Of a stretch of DNA of 64,000 nucleotides, positions 62,526 to 64,000 are shown piece by piece. This DNA comes from an uncultured virus (IMG/VR IMGVR_UViG_3300046665_000306). Its lineage: Duplodnaviria > Heunggongvirae > Uroviricota > Caudoviricetes. The notes beneath the pieces were generated by a model. That model saw nothing but the letters and a program-made list of their open reading frames with translations. It did not search any database and was not told the DNA's origin. The DNA lies in the IMG/VR virus record IMGVR_UViG_3300046665_000306, positions 1-64,000 of that record; one strand, 5' to 3'. Made by a program: the position numbers and the translations under genes. Every line of letters begins with the position of its first letter. Positions within the stretch are counted from its first letter, which is position 1.

Positions 62526-62912
62526 TTAGATATATTTCTCCACCTTAACGTAGTGTTCTTTCGCCGTCTCAATGAGACGTTGCTTCATATCTGCTGGACT
62601 TTTGGCAAAATCGTGAGCCCGCTGTAACTCGCGTAGGAACCAAATCAGGTTCTCAGAAAAATTATCCATAAAGTATCTCACGCCAGTAACAGCCATACTT
62701 TCAAATTCTTCCTTGTAATCCGCATCTGGCAAGATATGCCCTGCGGCGCAGCGGCAATCATTAGCACCGCGATACTTGCACTGAATATAACTTGGATCAA
62801 TATCCCACATCACACCTACCTGCTCAGGCACGACAGACTTGATAAAACCCTGCTTTTCAAGGGCGCTAAACACGACGTGAAAAAGTTCTTGCTCATTCGA
62901 AAATTGTGTCAT
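62526..62912 (-). CDS. phage protein, C.YR..RC.AG.(I/L)PD family (paralog of next)
   Basis: CKYRG..CRCAAGHILPD..LQRAHD. Confidence 0.75.
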   Translation of the reverse strand: MTQFSNEQELFHVVFSALEKQGFIKSVVPEQVGVMWDIDPSYIQCKYRGANDCRCAAGHILPDADYKEEFESMAVTGVRYFMDNFSENLIWFLRELQRAHDFAKSPADMKQRLIETAKEHYVKVEKYI

Positions 62913-63234
62913 CTGGTATCTCCAATTCGTGGCGCAGTCCTAGCTGTTGAAGCCTGTACCGCATCTCTTCAATCATCATTGATTCATCGTGAATTTCTTG
63001 AATTTCCTCGATAAAGTCAATATGTTCCATGTCTTTAAAGAAGTCAAGCTCTTTAATGAGGAAGCCTTCCATTTTACGAGCATTATAATCACTATCAGGA
63101 ATGAGCCAGCCAGCGGTACATCGGAGCTTTTTCCGTTTATTTCTATACCTGCACTCATATCCATCGGTGCATTGGCGGAAACCTTGAGACTTCATCCCGA
63201 GATAAATTTTATCGAAGATTTCTTGACGTGTCAT
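62893..63234 (-). CDS. phage protein, same family as previous
   Basis: CRYR..LRCTAGWLIPD..IQEIHD. Confidence 0.75.
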   Translation of the reverse strand: MTRQEIFDKIYLGMKSQGFRQCTDGYECRYRNKRKKLRCTAGWLIPDSDYNARKMEGFLIKELDFFKDMEHIDFIEEIQEIHDESMMIEEMRYRLQQLGLRHELEIPDDTIFE

Positions 63235-63568
63235 TTTATTTTCTTAAGAAATAGTTAAGATCATAAGTGTCGTGGTGACACAGACTAACTCGGTTCCAAT
63301 GATTGAAATCAATCTTCTCATAATTTTTATCGTCTAGAACATCTTCTAAATGATTTAAAAATTCAAGGACAGTTTCAAAATATTCTGTGAATTGTTCGTT
63401 AGTAATCTCAGCCATTAATCACAATATCCCATGTAATAGGCCCAAACAACGTTCTTGCCAAAGAGAATAGAATTGGATAAACCGCAATGGTAACTCGCCA
63501 CGGCCTTGGCATAGAGCCCGAGACCGGAGAGGATGATTAATATAGTGATTACAATAACGGGTAGGATG

Positions 63569-64000
63569 TTACGCATATGGTTTAATAATACCTTCAGCTA
63601 GAGCTTTTTTGAAACGCTCAACATAATTTTCGTTATACATTTCTAACACGGTGAAGTAATTCTCATAAGCGAAGGTCCGCCACCAGCCTGAGCTAATCGA
63701 GGTGCAAACTTTCTCTAACGCCATTTTAAATGACCTAAATGGGTCAGGCTCGAAATTATGCGGAATTTGTGATCGTTCCAAGGCTAACGTGTATGTCTCT
63801 TCTAATACAGTCGCTAGTTGTAATTCTTCCGTAAGACTAAAGAATCGTTCTTTGGAACAGAACACGTCAGCTTTATCCGCTTTGATTTTTTCAAACGCGG
63901 GCACATCAAAAAGCTTTACTGCTTCGTGAATTGTGTCATGATCATAAATGTAAGGGAAATTATCAGTAAAGAAATCTTGTTTTGATCTGTTCAACGCTGG
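63569..64000 (-). CDS. large-phage hypothetical protein, 5'-truncated by window edge
   Basis: YDHDTIHEAV, EETYTLALER, ALEKVCTSISSGWWR motifs. Confidence 0.7.
   Translation of the reverse strand, partial: PALNRSKQDFFTDNFPYIYDHDTIHEAVKLFDVPAFEKIKADKADVFCSKERFFSLTEELQLATVLEETYTLALERSQIPHNFEPDPFRSFKMALEKVCTSISSGWWRTFAYENYFTVLEMYNENYVERFKKALAEGIIKPYA

Noticed and set aside
1..64000. Restriction-site avoidance or GANTC enrichment in the early block
   Set aside because: An impression only; it needs k-mer counts that I cannot do reliably by eye.

Overview
The window is a segment of a large lytic dsDNA tailed-phage genome, probably infecting an alphaproteobacterium (Rhizobiales-like). That host call rests on GAAC-N7-GAAC SOS boxes, GANTC sites in promoters and a phiCbK-like layout, not on any database search. 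Layout: 1-11 kb virion accessory genes on the minus strand (LamG tail fibre, two SGNH hydrolases, an Ig/beta-helix spike, a trypsin-like protease). About 11.25-22 kb is a block of ~30 tiny early genes resembling a long terminal repeat, with 43-bp palindromic sigma70 promoters, RNase III-like hairpins and a dense LexA-box array at one end. 25-33 kb is a plus-strand block with 4 canonical tRNAs and several unannotated structured RNAs. 33-37 kb holds an ArfA-like gene, terminase subunits, RuvC and an HNH/AP2 gene. 38-64 kb holds many small minus-strand genes with their own promoter class and a shared 5'-UTR hairpin. The best candidate for a new system is a tandem pair of paralogous tRNA-scaffolded RNAs (61866-62377). 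Their anticodon loop is replaced by a ~150-nt structured insert carrying an SD and a conserved M-S-x-I-N-S mini-ORF; in one copy this reads into a methyltransferase. Other strong leads are the LexA-box array and a nonstop-mRNA ArfA-like gene. All RNA structures were folded by eye and all protein calls come from motif recognition only.
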